From the IMG/VR virus record IMGVR_UViG_3300025519_000001, positions 32,001-96,000 of that record: a stretch of DNA of 64,000 nucleotides. One strand, written 5' to 3'. The position numbers were made by a program, and so were the translations under genes. The DNA is from a virus. The notes under the pieces were generated by a model, which saw only the letters and a list, made by a program, of their open reading frames with translations, did not search any database and was not told where the DNA came from. Positions 51,430 to 62,197 of this stretch are shown piece after piece (the first letter of the stretch is position 1; the number at the start of each line of letters is the position of its first letter).

Positions 51430-53022
51430 TTGAAAACTTGTATTTATGCTAGAAAATCCACACATAAACTTGGTCAAAAAGAAACAATAGAGAACCAAAT
51501 AAAAATATGTCGTTCTAAAGGTAAAGAATTAGGATTAGAAATAGTTGACATAAAACAAGATGTTGGCACAGGAAGAGATGATTTAAATCGACCAGAAATA
51601 AAAGAATTGATTAGTGATGCACTTGAAGGAAAATATCAATGCGTAATAATGAAAGGAATAAGTCGTCTTTTTAGAGACACTGAAAAGGGACTTGGGCTAA
51701 TTAAACTTTTAGATCGGAATAATATTCGTGTAATTACTGTTGAAGAAATGTTTGACTCTGGGAATCCTGAGAGTAGAACAGGAACAGGCAAATTAGATTT
51801 ATCTAAAATTACAATGTACTTAATGTTTTCCGAAATGGAATCAAAAAAGCTAGGCGATAGGGTAAAATATACACAAATAGAAAAAGCAAAAAATGGAGAA
51901 TGGAATCAACCCAATAATACTCCTTTTGGATATTCTTATAATCCAGAGACAAAAAAATTAATTGTCAATCCAGAAGAAGCAAAAATAGTAAAATTGATTT
52001 TTGATCTTTATAGAAATGGACTTGGAATACGATCAATAATGAATTATCTTAATGGTGAAAATCAAGAAAAAATAAAATATCCTACTCCCAATAAAGGTAA
52101 ACTATGGAATCAGTATACTATTAACTTTATTTTAAAAAATGAAGCATATACAGGTGATGTTATTTACAATAAGAGAACCAAAAAAGAAAGAACTTATAAA
52201 AATCCTGAACTTTACGGAAAAGACAAAAGTGATATTTGGATAGGAGCAGATTATAATCCAGAAGAAGAATGGATTATTGCTAGAAATGCTCATGAACCTA
52301 TAATATCAAGAGATATGTTTGCTGATGTACAAAGAATTATGAATAATAAAGCAACCAGAAAAGGGATTAGGAGTAATGTTGGATTGTTAGCTGGAATAGC
52401 TAAATGCGGATTATGTGGAGCAAGTATGACTTTTAAGAGAGGAAATCGAGATAAAAATGGTAGAATTAAAACACGAAATAATTATTATTGCATGAATTAT
52501 ATAAAATATGGAAATAAAGTATGCACTTCACATCATGTTAAGGCTGAAGATTTAGAAAATACAATTATTGATGAAATTGAAGCATTGGCAAAGGACGAGA
52601 AAATGTTGAACGATTTAATAATTGAAATTTGTCAAATAAGAAAAAACGACAAAGAAATTCAAAGATTAAAAAATGAACAAAATTACTACGAGAATGAAAT
52701 CGAAAAAACATTGAATAAAATGAATAAACTACTTGAACGAAATATTGAAGGTATTATTTCGGACGTTCAGTTTAAAGAGATGAATAAACGATTTTCTGAA
52801 GAATTGCAGAAATATCAAGAGCAATTACTTGAAATTAAAGAAAAAATACCTAAACTTAAAGAAGAAGAATTTAGAATCGATGAATTTAAAAAATTAATAT
52901 CAAGATGTATAAATTTAAAAGAAAAGACAAAAGAAGAAATTCGACATTTGTTGTTAGGGCTAATAAATAAAGTGATAATCAATGAAAAAGGGGAGATCGA
53001 AAAATTGACATATAAATTTTAA
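51430..53022 (+). CDS. large serine recombinase (phage integrase)
   Basis: YARKS catalytic Ser, SRLFR, PFGY, Zn ribbon CGLCG...YYC, coiled coil. Confidence 0.93.
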   Translation: MKTCIYARKSTHKLGQKETIENQIKICRSKGKELGLEIVDIKQDVGTGRDDLNRPEIKELISDALEGKYQCVIMKGISRLFRDTEKGLGLIKLLDRNNIRVITVEEMFDSGNPESRTGTGKLDLSKITMYLMFSEMESKKLGDRVKYTQIEKAKNGEWNQPNNTPFGYSYNPETKKLIVNPEEAKIVKLIFDLYRNGLGIRSIMNYLNGENQEKIKYPTPNKGKLWNQYTINFILKNEAYTGDVIYNKRTKKERTYKNPELYGKDKSDIWIGADYNPEEEWIIARNAHEPIISRDMFADVQRIMNNKATRKGIRSNVGLLAGIAKCGLCGASMTFKRGNRDKNGRIKTRNNYYCMNYIKYGNKVCTSHHVKAEDLENTIIDEIEALAKDEKMLNDLIIEICQIRKNDKEIQRLKNEQNYYENEIEKTLNKMNKLLERNIEGIISDVQFKEMNKRFSEELQKYQEQLLEIKEKIPKLKEEEFRIDEFKKLISRCINLKEKTKEEIRHLLLGLINKVIINEKGEIEKLTYKF

Positions 53023-53032
53023 TTTTTTAGTG

Positions 53033-53074
53033 TCTACAGTGATAGGAAGGGCGTGCCGGTATAAACAGTGTAGA
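53033..53074. other. candidate attP
   Basis: Imperfect inverted repeat TCTACAGTG...CAGTGTAGA around a GC-rich core, directly after the integrase. Confidence 0.45.
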
Positions 53075-53269
53075 AAATACAGTACACACAACATGTAGAT
53101 CGCTTAACGAAAACATCAACTATATATTGGCCTGAAAAATTCGTGTTTAACCTTATTCTTTAAAGACATTGACATTCTTATGGTGCTTATTATTTTTTAT
53201 TCCACATTTGCCCATTTTGTGATAGAATGGTTCTTTGGTAAGGGTCACACAAGCAAAATTAGGAGGAAA

Positions 53270-53764
53270 ATGGTCGAAATGAAATGGTTTTTGCCAATTT
53301 GTGTTGCAGCTATTTGTTTGGTCGGTTGCGCAGAAACTAACGAAACCAGTTCTTCAATTGAAAGTTCGGTAAATGTTTCTGCTAGTACGAGCAGTAATTC
53401 TCCTAGTCCCCAGACTAGTTCAACACCTAAACCTGTCATTGAGTCAACACCTAAACCTTCAAAAGCGGAAACTGAAACGGCAAGTCAACGTAATGCAATT
53501 CGTAAAGCGAAGGACTATTTGAGCATTATGTCCTTTTCCAAAAAAGGATTAATTGAACAACTGGAATTTGATGGGTATCCTAGTGCTGATGCACAATATG
53601 CAGCAGATCACATTGACGTGAATTGGGACGAACAAGCCGAAAAAAAGGCAAAAGAATATCTTGAAGTTATGTCGTTCTCAAAACAGGAACTTAAAGAACA
53701 ATTAGAGTTTGATGGGTTCACAAGCGAGCAAGCCGCATATGGTGTTAACAAAGCATATCAATAA
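53270..53764 (+). CDS. Ltp-family superinfection-exclusion lipoprotein
   Basis: Lipobox LVGC, S/T/P-rich linker, two AKxYL..MSFSK..L.EQLEFDG repeats. Confidence 0.85.
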   Translation: MVEMKWFLPICVAAICLVGCAETNETSSSIESSVNVSASTSSNSPSPQTSSTPKPVIESTPKPSKAETETASQRNAIRKAKDYLSIMSFSKKGLIEQLEFDGYPSADAQYAADHIDVNWDEQAEKKAKEYLEVMSFSKQELKEQLEFDGFTSEQAAYGVNKAYQ

Positions 53765-53775
53765 ACCATAAAGCA

Positions 53776-53805
53776 GACTCCCGTATAGCGGGAGTTTTCT
53801 TTTTT
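53776..53805 (+). terminator. intrinsic terminator
   Basis: ACTCCCG-tatag-CGGGAGT then T-run. Confidence 0.75.
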
Positions 53806-53884
53806 GAAAATGGCAAATATGATAAATTAGGTGGTGGAAATTCTGCGTAAACGCATTTAGCATATTTGCAAAAGGAGATTTGTC

Positions 53885-54271
53885 ATGCGTTATTTGTTTG
53901 CCAAGAAGATTAAGTGTACAAAATGCCAAGGAAACTTTCGCGGAATAACCGAAAGAGGAAAGCGTAAGTATTACTGTTCAACATATCATAATTATCGAAC
54001 TTGTATTCGCTACAAGATCAATGAAGATGATCTAATTTATTTTGTTTGCAATCACATGGAAATACAGCAATTGAAAAACGGATATGGATTAGGGGGAAGT
54101 CGGGGGAGAGGTAGACCTAAAAAGAATGTTGAAGAAAAGAAAGTTGTTAATCTAAAAACAATAGAAGAGTACGTTGAAAAAATAGAAGTTGACCCGGAAA
54201 ATCATAGAATAGAATTATTTTATACAGACGGATCGAACACTTTATTATCTCCGGCTCATGATTCATATTAA
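53885..54271 (+). CDS. stand-alone recombinase Zn-ribbon protein
   Basis: LFAKKIKCTKC...KYYCSTY...C, then VEKIEV as in LSR C-termini. Confidence 0.65.
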   Translation: MRYLFAKKIKCTKCQGNFRGITERGKRKYYCSTYHNYRTCIRYKINEDDLIYFVCNHMEIQQLKNGYGLGGSRGRGRPKKNVEEKKVVNLKTIEEYVEKIEVDPENHRIELFYTDGSNTLLSPAHDSY

Positions 54272-54449
54272 AAAAATAGCCTCCCTCAAATAAAATTTCA
54301 ATTTAGGACGACAGTCCATTTTTTGAAATAAAAGGGTTGAGGGAGGCTGAGGGCACATTGTTATCAAAAATGTTTATTTTTCAAAAAAAATTTTTAGGAT
54401 GACACAATGCGCGACTAAACTTAATTTCTAAAGTCTTTTGGTGGAGGCT

Positions 54450-54845
54450 TCACTTCTTTACGTTTTCCCAAAACTTCAAGCTTTCTTCAATTATAATTTT
54501 AATCAAATTCTTGTCATTGTCGGATGGGGTAATACCGAGTGTTTCAAGGATTTCATTTACAACGTCATTAGCCAATTTTTCTTTATCTTCAATAGTCGTA
54601 ACCTGACTTAAATAATATACGTAATCGGCAACTGCATCAGCAATATCGAGAACTTCTGTTGCTGTTTTTTCGATATTTTCTTTTAGTCCTAAATCACTAA
54701 TAATGTTTTTTGCAATATTAATGACATTAATAGCTATGCCCATATTATCACGAGATATAATATGTTTCTTTTCTAAATATTTAAAAACAATAGCAACAAT
54801 CAATATCCCAATGACTACAGATGCAACTGTCATCAAAGTTTCCAT
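54450..54845 (-). CDS. putative holin-like membrane protein
   Basis: Single N-terminal TM helix, follows endolysin. Confidence 0.45.
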   Translation of the reverse strand: METLMTVASVVIGILIVAIVFKYLEKKHIISRDNMGIAINVINIAKNIISDLGLKENIEKTATEVLDIADAVADYVYYLSQVTTIEDKEKLANDVVNEILETLGITPSDNDKNLIKIIIEESLKFWENVKK

Positions 54846-54858
54846 TGCATTTCACTCC

Positions 54859-55767
54859 TTATTTATAGTAAATATAGACTTTCTTGTTTACATTGTCCCA
54901 AGATACTTTGGCACTCAGCAAAGTTCCAACATCTGCAACTTGCACAAAAGTAATACCTTCAACAACTTGGAAATTTTTAATCTCTTTGCCGTTTATATAA
55001 GGAATCTTGCTTGTGTTATCCCAAGCAACTGTTTTATTTAGCGCTTCTCCTATTGTCCTCAAAGGCAAATAAATATGACCATCGATATTTCTGCCATATG
55101 CAACTAACTTGTCATTAACTACAACCTTTATGTTATCAAGAATATTCCCACAAATTTGATCGAAATAGGATTTTTCCATAACGTCAAGATCTACATTACC
55201 TTTAATGCCCGGTACTGAACCTGTGCTACTGTATTGGAAAATTGTCCATGTAGACCAAGTGTTATTGTCAAGTGGTTTAGTGACACCGTAATGAGCAATC
55301 CAAAGAGGATACTTGCCCAATGTTTTATTGAGTTCGTCACGAGCAAAATATGCGCCAGTATATATCATTACATCCCCTAGGGTGCCTCTTACCGTTTCAA
55401 GCCATAGCACCGCTAATTTTGACAAAGCATCTGTACTCAATGTTTTACACTTTGCATCTTCCAAGTCTAAAACATAAGGAAGATCAGACTTTAAACTTTT
55501 AACAATTTGAATAAAATGTTGTGCTTCTGCCTTTGCCTCAGATTCATTTGTAAAAGTACCATAATGATAAAAACCCAACTTAATATTGTTTGCTTTCGCA
55601 CCGTTGTAATTGTTTTGAAGTTCACTGTCAACCATCATCAAACCTTGGGTTGCTTTCAATAGAGCAAATTTATAACCTGCCCTCGCAACCTTATTCCAAT
55701 CAATTTTTCCCTGATGGTGAGATACGTCCAGTCCCGGAACATTCGTGTTACTGTTCATACTTTGCAT
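54859..55767 (-). CDS. GH25 muramidase endolysin with C-terminal cell-wall-binding domain
   Basis: GLDVSHHQG, LKATQG, VLDLED, LWIAHY, FQYS. Confidence 0.9.
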   Translation of the reverse strand: MQSMNSNTNVPGLDVSHHQGKIDWNKVARAGYKFALLKATQGLMMVDSELQNNYNGAKANNIKLGFYHYGTFTNESEAKAEAQHFIQIVKSLKSDLPYVLDLEDAKCKTLSTDALSKLAVLWLETVRGTLGDVMIYTGAYFARDELNKTLGKYPLWIAHYGVTKPLDNNTWSTWTIFQYSSTGSVPGIKGNVDLDVMEKSYFDQICGNILDNIKVVVNDKLVAYGRNIDGHIYLPLRTIGEALNKTVAWDNTSKIPYINGKEIKNFQVVEGITFVQVADVGTLLSAKVSWDNVNKKVYIYYK

Positions 55768-55853
55768 TATATCCCCTCCAAATTTCTTATTATATGCCCA
55801 ATTCCATGGTAAAATTTTATTGGACAACATTCCTTCACAATGCTCAAGCAAGG

Positions 55854-56312
55854 CTATTGGTTTATGTCGTCTTTGTTATTTTTGTCGTCCTCAGACTTTT
55901 CTTGGAGTATCGCTATAACCTTTCTAAAAATTGTAGGTGTCTTCAAACCACACCTTCCGTAGTTTTCGATAATTGAAATTAATTCATTTGCAAGCCAAAA
56001 GTAGATGACTCCATTCATTACGACATTAAAATCTAAAGCTAAATCAATTCGATGTCCCAAAAATACCATAAGAAGCATAAGTCCCTTTTTAAACAGACCC
56101 CAAAAACCAACTGCACTCCTAAGTCCTTTTCCTTCCTTTATGCTTGCAGCACAACCAGTTATATAATCAATAGCAAAAACCCAAAGTAGAAGTTCCAAAG
56201 TTCCAGACCATCCCCCAAAAGCATAAGTAAGACTTGAACCCAAAATTCCAGATATAAAATACATATGGGATAGGTCTTTATTTGCAAGTAATTTAAAAGT
56301 AATATTCTCCAA
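55854..56312 (-). CDS. phage holin (holin family 4), likely TTG start 56312
   Basis: IDYITG...GL.SAVGF.GL.KK...NELISIIEN. Confidence 0.85.
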   Translation of the reverse strand: MENITFKLLANKDLSHMYFISGILGSSLTYAFGGWSGTLELLLWVFAIDYITGCAASIKEGKGLRSAVGFWGLFKKGLMLLMVFLGHRIDLALDFNVVMNGVIYFWLANELISIIENYGRCGLKTPTIFRKVIAILQEKSEDDKNNKDDINQ

Positions 56313-56367
56313 AAATTTCACCCCAAAATAGAAAGGGACACCTTTAGCAGATGTCCCTTTTTTATTG

Positions 56368-58086
56368 TTATAGAATATATACATAGCCACCAAGGATATT
56401 GTCACTGTCAATATAAATACGTCCACGAATTTCTTTAATATCTTTTACCCTTACTCTAATTTTACCGATCTTAACAGATTCCCCATGAGCAGGAACAACT
56501 ATTCTTGCCCTCAAATAACCAGAAAGTACTTGTATCCTAGCGGGCATATGTGAAGCATAAATTACGTTAATTCGACCTTTCAAATCTTTTCGATAAGGAA
56601 TGATAATCTTAGAACGTAATTGTTTATACTGTCTAACATTGATTCTACCGCTAATTTGCTTATAATAAGTTACTGTTATTCTACTCAAAAGATTCGGTTT
56701 ATTAATGATGACAGTTGAGGGTAATGATTTTTTATATCTAACACGAATATGCCCCTGCAAATCTTTAGAGCTATGTTGTTTTACTTTGATTTTAGCTTTT
56801 AAAATATGTTTATTAATTACAATTTTCCCCGATAAATCTCTTTTGTCTTGTTGGTATCTTCTTACTCGTATTGTGGCATTTAAATTTCTTGCATAAGGAA
56901 TTACTATACGTCCAATTTTATAAGCAGTATTTACTACTATCTTTCCGTTCAATTGTTCTTCTGGCAAATAGCCGCCTTTAACTCTAACCCTTAAAGTGCC
57001 AGCCAACTCTTTATAATCATGTCTTCGAACTCTAATCTTAGAAGGCATATTCGGTTTATTTACTGCAATAGTGCTCTCCATCCAGTAATTAAAGTTTCTT
57101 ACATGGATTCTGGAGCGCATATTTCTCGAATCATCATATTGTGGAATGTTAATTCTAGCTTTAACACTAGAATTTCCAACCGCCATAACGAACATTCGAG
57201 AATTTATTTCTGCTCTACCAAAGCTATAAATAATATTTAACTTATATTGAACTTCTAATACAGGCTTATTATTATAGCTTTCTCTTGTTGAAAATTGCTC
57301 CGTTTGAGAAAAGTTTTCGTTTATTGCCTTCAAAATGAATCCAAAATTTTCTTCTGTGCCATTATACCAAGAACGAACAATGTCTGTGACATCAATTCTT
57401 GAATATCCATATTCGCCTATATCAGAAATAGCGACTATACCCTTAACCGCCGGTTGGTTTGCCCAAGTGACTCCGTATTCATCCCATGTTGATGCAGAAG
57501 TATATACACCCATTTGACGGGTATTGTTGTTAATTCGGTTGTTGAATAATTTTAAATAAACCTTTTCTATTTTTGCATTTTCAGGTATTTGACTAACATC
57601 AAATTGTAACAATGATCTATATGCTTCATTTTTTGATCTATCATACCCAACGACCATTGATTGTTCTTTTCCATAATTTAATGTAGGAATACCACTTCTA
57701 ACAAAAGCATCTTTTATTGGATTCAACTCTAAGGTATAAATCGGTGGTTCAACAATTTCGACTTTACCAGTCATCTTATTTCTTGGTGTAATTATTATTT
57801 TACCGATTACGTTACTTCTTTCTGGTATAGTCAATTTTGCTTTTCTTTGATTTCCAACAAGCGGTGGATATGATGGTTTAATTATAACTTCTTCGTTAAA
57901 TATGTTAACTTTAGAGATTAAATTATTATATTTAGTTACTCTGATAGATGCAATTAAAGTATTACTACCATGTCCAATTACAGTTGTCTTTGTCTGCATC
58001 TGATTTCGTGCAGGTATTGATATTCGTCCATTTAAGCTACTTAAATCATCCAATAAATCACTTCCTATCTCATTGTATTGAGACAT
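56368..58086 (-). CDS. DNRLRE/CBM96-domain virion-associated protein with beta-repeats
   Basis: KDAFVRS...NYG, RSLLQFD, VTWANQP, IDVTDIV..W, N.GFILK, KPVLEV. Confidence 0.7.
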   Translation of the reverse strand: MSQYNEIGSDLLDDLSSLNGRISIPARNQMQTKTTVIGHGSNTLIASIRVTKYNNLISKVNIFNEEVIIKPSYPPLVGNQRKAKLTIPERSNVIGKIIITPRNKMTGKVEIVEPPIYTLELNPIKDAFVRSGIPTLNYGKEQSMVVGYDRSKNEAYRSLLQFDVSQIPENAKIEKVYLKLFNNRINNNTRQMGVYTSASTWDEYGVTWANQPAVKGIVAISDIGEYGYSRIDVTDIVRSWYNGTEENFGFILKAINENFSQTEQFSTRESYNNKPVLEVQYKLNIIYSFGRAEINSRMFVMAVGNSSVKARINIPQYDDSRNMRSRIHVRNFNYWMESTIAVNKPNMPSKIRVRRHDYKELAGTLRVRVKGGYLPEEQLNGKIVVNTAYKIGRIVIPYARNLNATIRVRRYQQDKRDLSGKIVINKHILKAKIKVKQHSSKDLQGHIRVRYKKSLPSTVIINKPNLLSRITVTYYKQISGRINVRQYKQLRSKIIIPYRKDLKGRINVIYASHMPARIQVLSGYLRARIVVPAHGESVKIGKIRVRVKDIKEIRGRIYIDSDNILGGYVYIL

Positions 58087-58094
58087 TTGATTTT

Positions 58095-60821
58095 TTAAAC
58101 AGGAAATGCTTCTAAATTAATTGTATTTATAATATTTCCATAATCATTTGCTCCCGCTACAACTTTTACATAGAAATCTACATATTGACTATATTCTAAT
58201 TGTTCATCAAATAAAAGTTCTGTAGCTGCCTCAAATGGAGAATCGGTTTTACTTAATAATAAATAAGTGTTAGAAGCATTTGAATCCACAAATACTCTTA
58301 TATTGCCTAGTTTATTTGGATTTTTATTTACAATTCTTACTTTTTGAATATTTGACGTATCTCCACTATTAACGTTACCAAAACTCAAATAATTTAAAAC
58401 GTTCCCTCGATCATCAGAATAAGCTATGTTCGATGTAGGATCAACAAAAATTAAATTACTATAATCTCCGATAAAATTTATTGTTTGAGAACTACTTTCT
58501 CCAAATTCATCTTGAGCAATAATTAAAACTTGATTATTTTGACCAATGTTAATTTCATTGCTTTTAAATATTTTAAAGTATTCAACAGAACCAGTTTGCA
58601 ATTCTGTAAAATCCTGAACACCTTCAGGGAAAATCTTATTTCCATTTAAAACAATTTTATACTGGAATGCATCATCTTCGCTATCAGATATACTTGCAGT
58701 AAGTTTCATGCCCACCATTGACGAATTAATTAATGGAGGGTTGTTTATTTTATTTACTTGAAAATTATAATCAGAACTAATTCCATTCTCGTTTTCTATG
58801 GTAAGAGTAATAATATTTTGTCCAATAACTAATTTATTATTTAAAATTGTATATTCAACTGTTATAGGAGAAGGTTCCAAGTTAGTAAAACCTGAATCTG
58901 GATATTCTTGAATTCCGTTAACTATAATTTTATATCTAATATTTAAACCACTCGGTTCTGTAATAATCCCACTTAAAATAACATCTTCACGATTAACGCT
59001 TGAGTGGTCAAGTAAACCATCAAATATCGGAGATAGATATTCAATTATTAATACTGGACGAAAACCATACCCAGTTCCAACAGTGGAAGATACTACACTA
59101 TAAAATCCTGTAACAGAACTATTTCCTCTTATACTTCTATTTGCTGACGTTCCACTAACAGTAGAAGATGACCATGAAGCTATTCCACTCCAATTCCATA
59201 CATTATTATCTCCAGGGGTAATGATTCCGTTTAAATCAGAATTTACAATATACTGATTCCATTCGTTGTCCACATCGGAGCTATTAATACCACCAGTTAA
59301 CAAGCGTACAGTTACTTTGTCTGTAAACCTGAATGTGTAGACTCCCCAATCGAAAAATCCACCGTACACACCTATATCTGCAACAGTACCATCGGGGTCG
59401 CTACCATATCCTGCGTTCTGCCACGTTGCACCAATGATATTCCAATTGGAATCAAAGGTTACATTAAATAGACAACCTAGGTTTACGGATATATTTAAAC
59501 TACTGTACACCCCACCAAAGGCACAGTTTACGTACCTATAGTTAGTAGAACTTGGAGTGTTTTCAACCAAACCCGGAACAGATGCAAAGGAGCAGTTCTC
59601 AAACTTTACGTTAGGGTCATCAGGAGAGTTGTTAGTCCAATAAAACCACCTGTCTGTCGGGTACGTTCCATTAGGACTCTTGGCGAAAGCCACATTCCTG
59701 AACCACAACTTAAAGTTGGTGGCGGTAGAAAAGGAATTATACCAGATAACCCTACTATCTCCAGTAAAAGAATTTGAGGGTCTAATAACCATATTGAAGA
59801 AATTTGCACTACTTCCTGTAGGTTGACTGTAGGATATAGGGCAAGAACCTACTTCAAGTATAGTGCTTTCCCCTTCACCAACGAAGGTTATTCCTTTAGT
59901 GGTACATAATTCGTGTAGATACTTGTTTGCTGTGTTAATAGGGTAAACTCCTGCCAACAGCTTTATCGCCCAACCTGTACCTGCCAAAGATAAGGCTTTA
60001 GAAATAGTCCGAACGGGATAGCTCTCTGTACCTATGTTTGTGTCAAGACCATTGATTGCATCAACGTAAACAATCCCACTAAATAGACCTGCCCCTTCAA
60101 CACTGAGTAGTGGCAATCCGCTTCCAGATGCAACGCCGTTCCCATTCAACGTATCCCAACTAATCGAGTGTTGTACGTTTCTATCTGCAACAAGTACAGG
60201 TCTATCTAACCTATCCATGTCTACACAAATAGCGTAGAAGTCTCCGTCAGGGTTAGCTACGGAAAAAGAAGGAATGAAGTCAGATGTTTCATTACCTACC
60301 CCACTAAAAAAACCTACCTTGTTATTATATGTAAAGTAGTGCATCCTAATCCGCTTGCCTATAGTAAGGTATTTTAGATCTGTTACTTCATCTGGATGAA
60401 AGAGACGACCTGTATCATCTATGTCGATAGCATCTATACCAAAATAGGCTGTGCCAGAATTTCTTCTCATTGATACAGTATGTCGTCCCTGTGTTAATCC
60501 AGTAAGTTCAAACACAAGAGCCTGAGTCACATTTGAAGGACTATATTCACTAAAAGCATAGGAAATACCGTCAATAGTAATTACGCAGTCATTAGAGAAT
60601 GAACTCCAATAATAAGATATAATTCTTATTTTCGTGCCGATGAAATCAAATGAGATAGTATCTTCTGCAGCACTGGTATAACTATCTGTTGAGTTATACG
60701 CTGCTGGCGAAAATCCTGTTCTGTGCGTCCAAGTACCCACATACTTCAAGGATGGACTCGTATCATCATACCGCTTCCATCCCGATTCCGGTGCGATAAG
60801 TTGTTGTCCAATCGAGGCCAT
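58095..60821 (-). CDS. multidomain tail/receptor-binding protein
   Basis: Carbohydrate-binding-like N-terminus, VYVDAINGLDTNIGT..YP..TIS.A beta-helix start, GFRPV motif. Confidence 0.6.
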   Translation of the reverse strand: MASIGQQLIAPESGWKRYDDTSPSLKYVGTWTHRTGFSPAAYNSTDSYTSAAEDTISFDFIGTKIRIISYYWSSFSNDCVITIDGISYAFSEYSPSNVTQALVFELTGLTQGRHTVSMRRNSGTAYFGIDAIDIDDTGRLFHPDEVTDLKYLTIGKRIRMHYFTYNNKVGFFSGVGNETSDFIPSFSVANPDGDFYAICVDMDRLDRPVLVADRNVQHSISWDTLNGNGVASGSGLPLLSVEGAGLFSGIVYVDAINGLDTNIGTESYPVRTISKALSLAGTGWAIKLLAGVYPINTANKYLHELCTTKGITFVGEGESTILEVGSCPISYSQPTGSSANFFNMVIRPSNSFTGDSRVIWYNSFSTATNFKLWFRNVAFAKSPNGTYPTDRWFYWTNNSPDDPNVKFENCSFASVPGLVENTPSSTNYRYVNCAFGGVYSSLNISVNLGCLFNVTFDSNWNIIGATWQNAGYGSDPDGTVADIGVYGGFFDWGVYTFRFTDKVTVRLLTGGINSSDVDNEWNQYIVNSDLNGIITPGDNNVWNWSGIASWSSSTVSGTSANRSIRGNSSVTGFYSVVSSTVGTGYGFRPVLIIEYLSPIFDGLLDHSSVNREDVILSGIITEPSGLNIRYKIIVNGIQEYPDSGFTNLEPSPITVEYTILNNKLVIGQNIITLTIENENGISSDYNFQVNKINNPPLINSSMVGMKLTASISDSEDDAFQYKIVLNGNKIFPEGVQDFTELQTGSVEYFKIFKSNEINIGQNNQVLIIAQDEFGESSSQTINFIGDYSNLIFVDPTSNIAYSDDRGNVLNYLSFGNVNSGDTSNIQKVRIVNKNPNKLGNIRVFVDSNASNTYLLLSKTDSPFEAATELLFDEQLEYSQYVDFYVKVVAGANDYGNIINTINLEAFPV

Positions 60822-60824
60822 TTA

Positions 60825-62183
60825 TCACGCCTCCTTATATTCAAAAACTGGACGAAATCCTTGTGAAACACCATTCCAAACCGTATTCCAATTTGATTGT
60901 GCCCAAGCTAGATCGGTGGTATTCGTTGTATTAGTTGGTCTTGCCATACCCCTGTGAATTCTTCCGGTATTTGACGATGGGTTTGGAGATCCGCCTAGCG
61001 GATGAGTCATTCCGTTTATTGGAGTATCTTGACACCACGTTACTACATTTTGATCATGGTGCCACACATTTGGATCATTGGGAATTGCTTTACCTCCAAG
61101 AGCACTTCTAACAATATATTTATCCCATTCGTTATTCGTAGGCCACCCTCCATATCCTTGATCTGTTGTTGAACTGTTTCCATTAGCATCTGCAAAAGCC
61201 ACTCCACCCGCAAGGGATCTGACTATGCCTATCGGGATATTATCTAAATCAACATCATAAGGAGCACTAGGCGGTTCAAAGTTGCTTTCCCACCTAGCAA
61301 TACCTTTTACAAAACAAAATTCATCAATATAACTATTGCTTTGCGCTTCAGGTGCATTTAATGCTATACCACCAATAAATAAAGTTTTATCAGAAACATT
61401 AATATCAACTGTATGCGTTATGCTGGCATCTAATTTTCCGTTTATATACAAAGATAATGTTGTTCCGCGTTTTACTACTGCTAAATGATACCAAGTATTA
61501 TCTTGAGCAATAGTTGTTCCAATTAATTGAGGTCCACCATAAGTTTGAACACTAAAAACAGATGGGTAAGAATTATGTCTATCTAATAAAGCCAGTACGC
61601 CCTGTTTCCAACCCGTTCCTACTTGCCAAACTCTCGGATATGGGTTTATTTTTGACTTGGAATAATACCAGCAATCAATAGTCCAATCAATACCATTTGG
61701 TAACGAATAATCATTAGAAACACCACAGTCTATCCAACTATTCGCACTACCATCGAAAGAAGCACTACCAATTCCAAATTTCTTATTATCCAAAGAGAAA
61801 TATACATTTGTTAAATGACTTATAGTATGCCCAAGCTCATCTTTGAATGTAGTATCATCCATGTGCATCAAAACTTTTTGAGGTTTTAATGCATTTCTCA
61901 TTCCTTCTACAAATTTTCCTGAATTCAAAGTATCCCATGAGATATTGTATTGGACTACTCTATCAGCAATCAACAATCCCCTATCAACTTTAACAAAATA
62001 GAAATAGCCATTTGGAGTTGCTGACCCGTTTACAGGAATTTCTGTTCCTGCTGTACCTCCAAGGTTACTAAATGTCCCCGCCGCCCCACTTGATGCTTGG
62101 TAATTACAAACAATATAATCTCCAATCTGCATATCTTCAATTCTTGTACGCAAAGACCCCGTTGTTGCAGGTACAGGACTCAT
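60825..62183 (-). CDS. LamG/concanavalin-domain tail or receptor-binding protein
   Basis: WTIDCW, WYHLAVVK, LYING, IDEF; C-terminal GFRPVF. Confidence 0.7.
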   Translation of the reverse strand: MSPVPATTGSLRTRIEDMQIGDYIVCNYQASSGAAGTFSNLGGTAGTEIPVNGSATPNGYFYFVKVDRGLLIADRVVQYNISWDTLNSGKFVEGMRNALKPQKVLMHMDDTTFKDELGHTISHLTNVYFSLDNKKFGIGSASFDGSANSWIDCGVSNDYSLPNGIDWTIDCWYYSKSKINPYPRVWQVGTGWKQGVLALLDRHNSYPSVFSVQTYGGPQLIGTTIAQDNTWYHLAVVKRGTTLSLYINGKLDASITHTVDINVSDKTLFIGGIALNAPEAQSNSYIDEFCFVKGIARWESNFEPPSAPYDVDLDNIPIGIVRSLAGGVAFADANGNSSTTDQGYGGWPTNNEWDKYIVRSALGGKAIPNDPNVWHHDQNVVTWCQDTPINGMTHPLGGSPNPSSNTGRIHRGMARPTNTTNTTDLAWAQSNWNTVWNGVSQGFRPVFEYKEA

Positions 62184-62197
62184 ATTAACTAGCCTCC

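Noticed and set aside
58095-62183. Diversity-generating retroelement
   Set aside because: No reverse transcriptase or adenine-variant template repeat seen in the window
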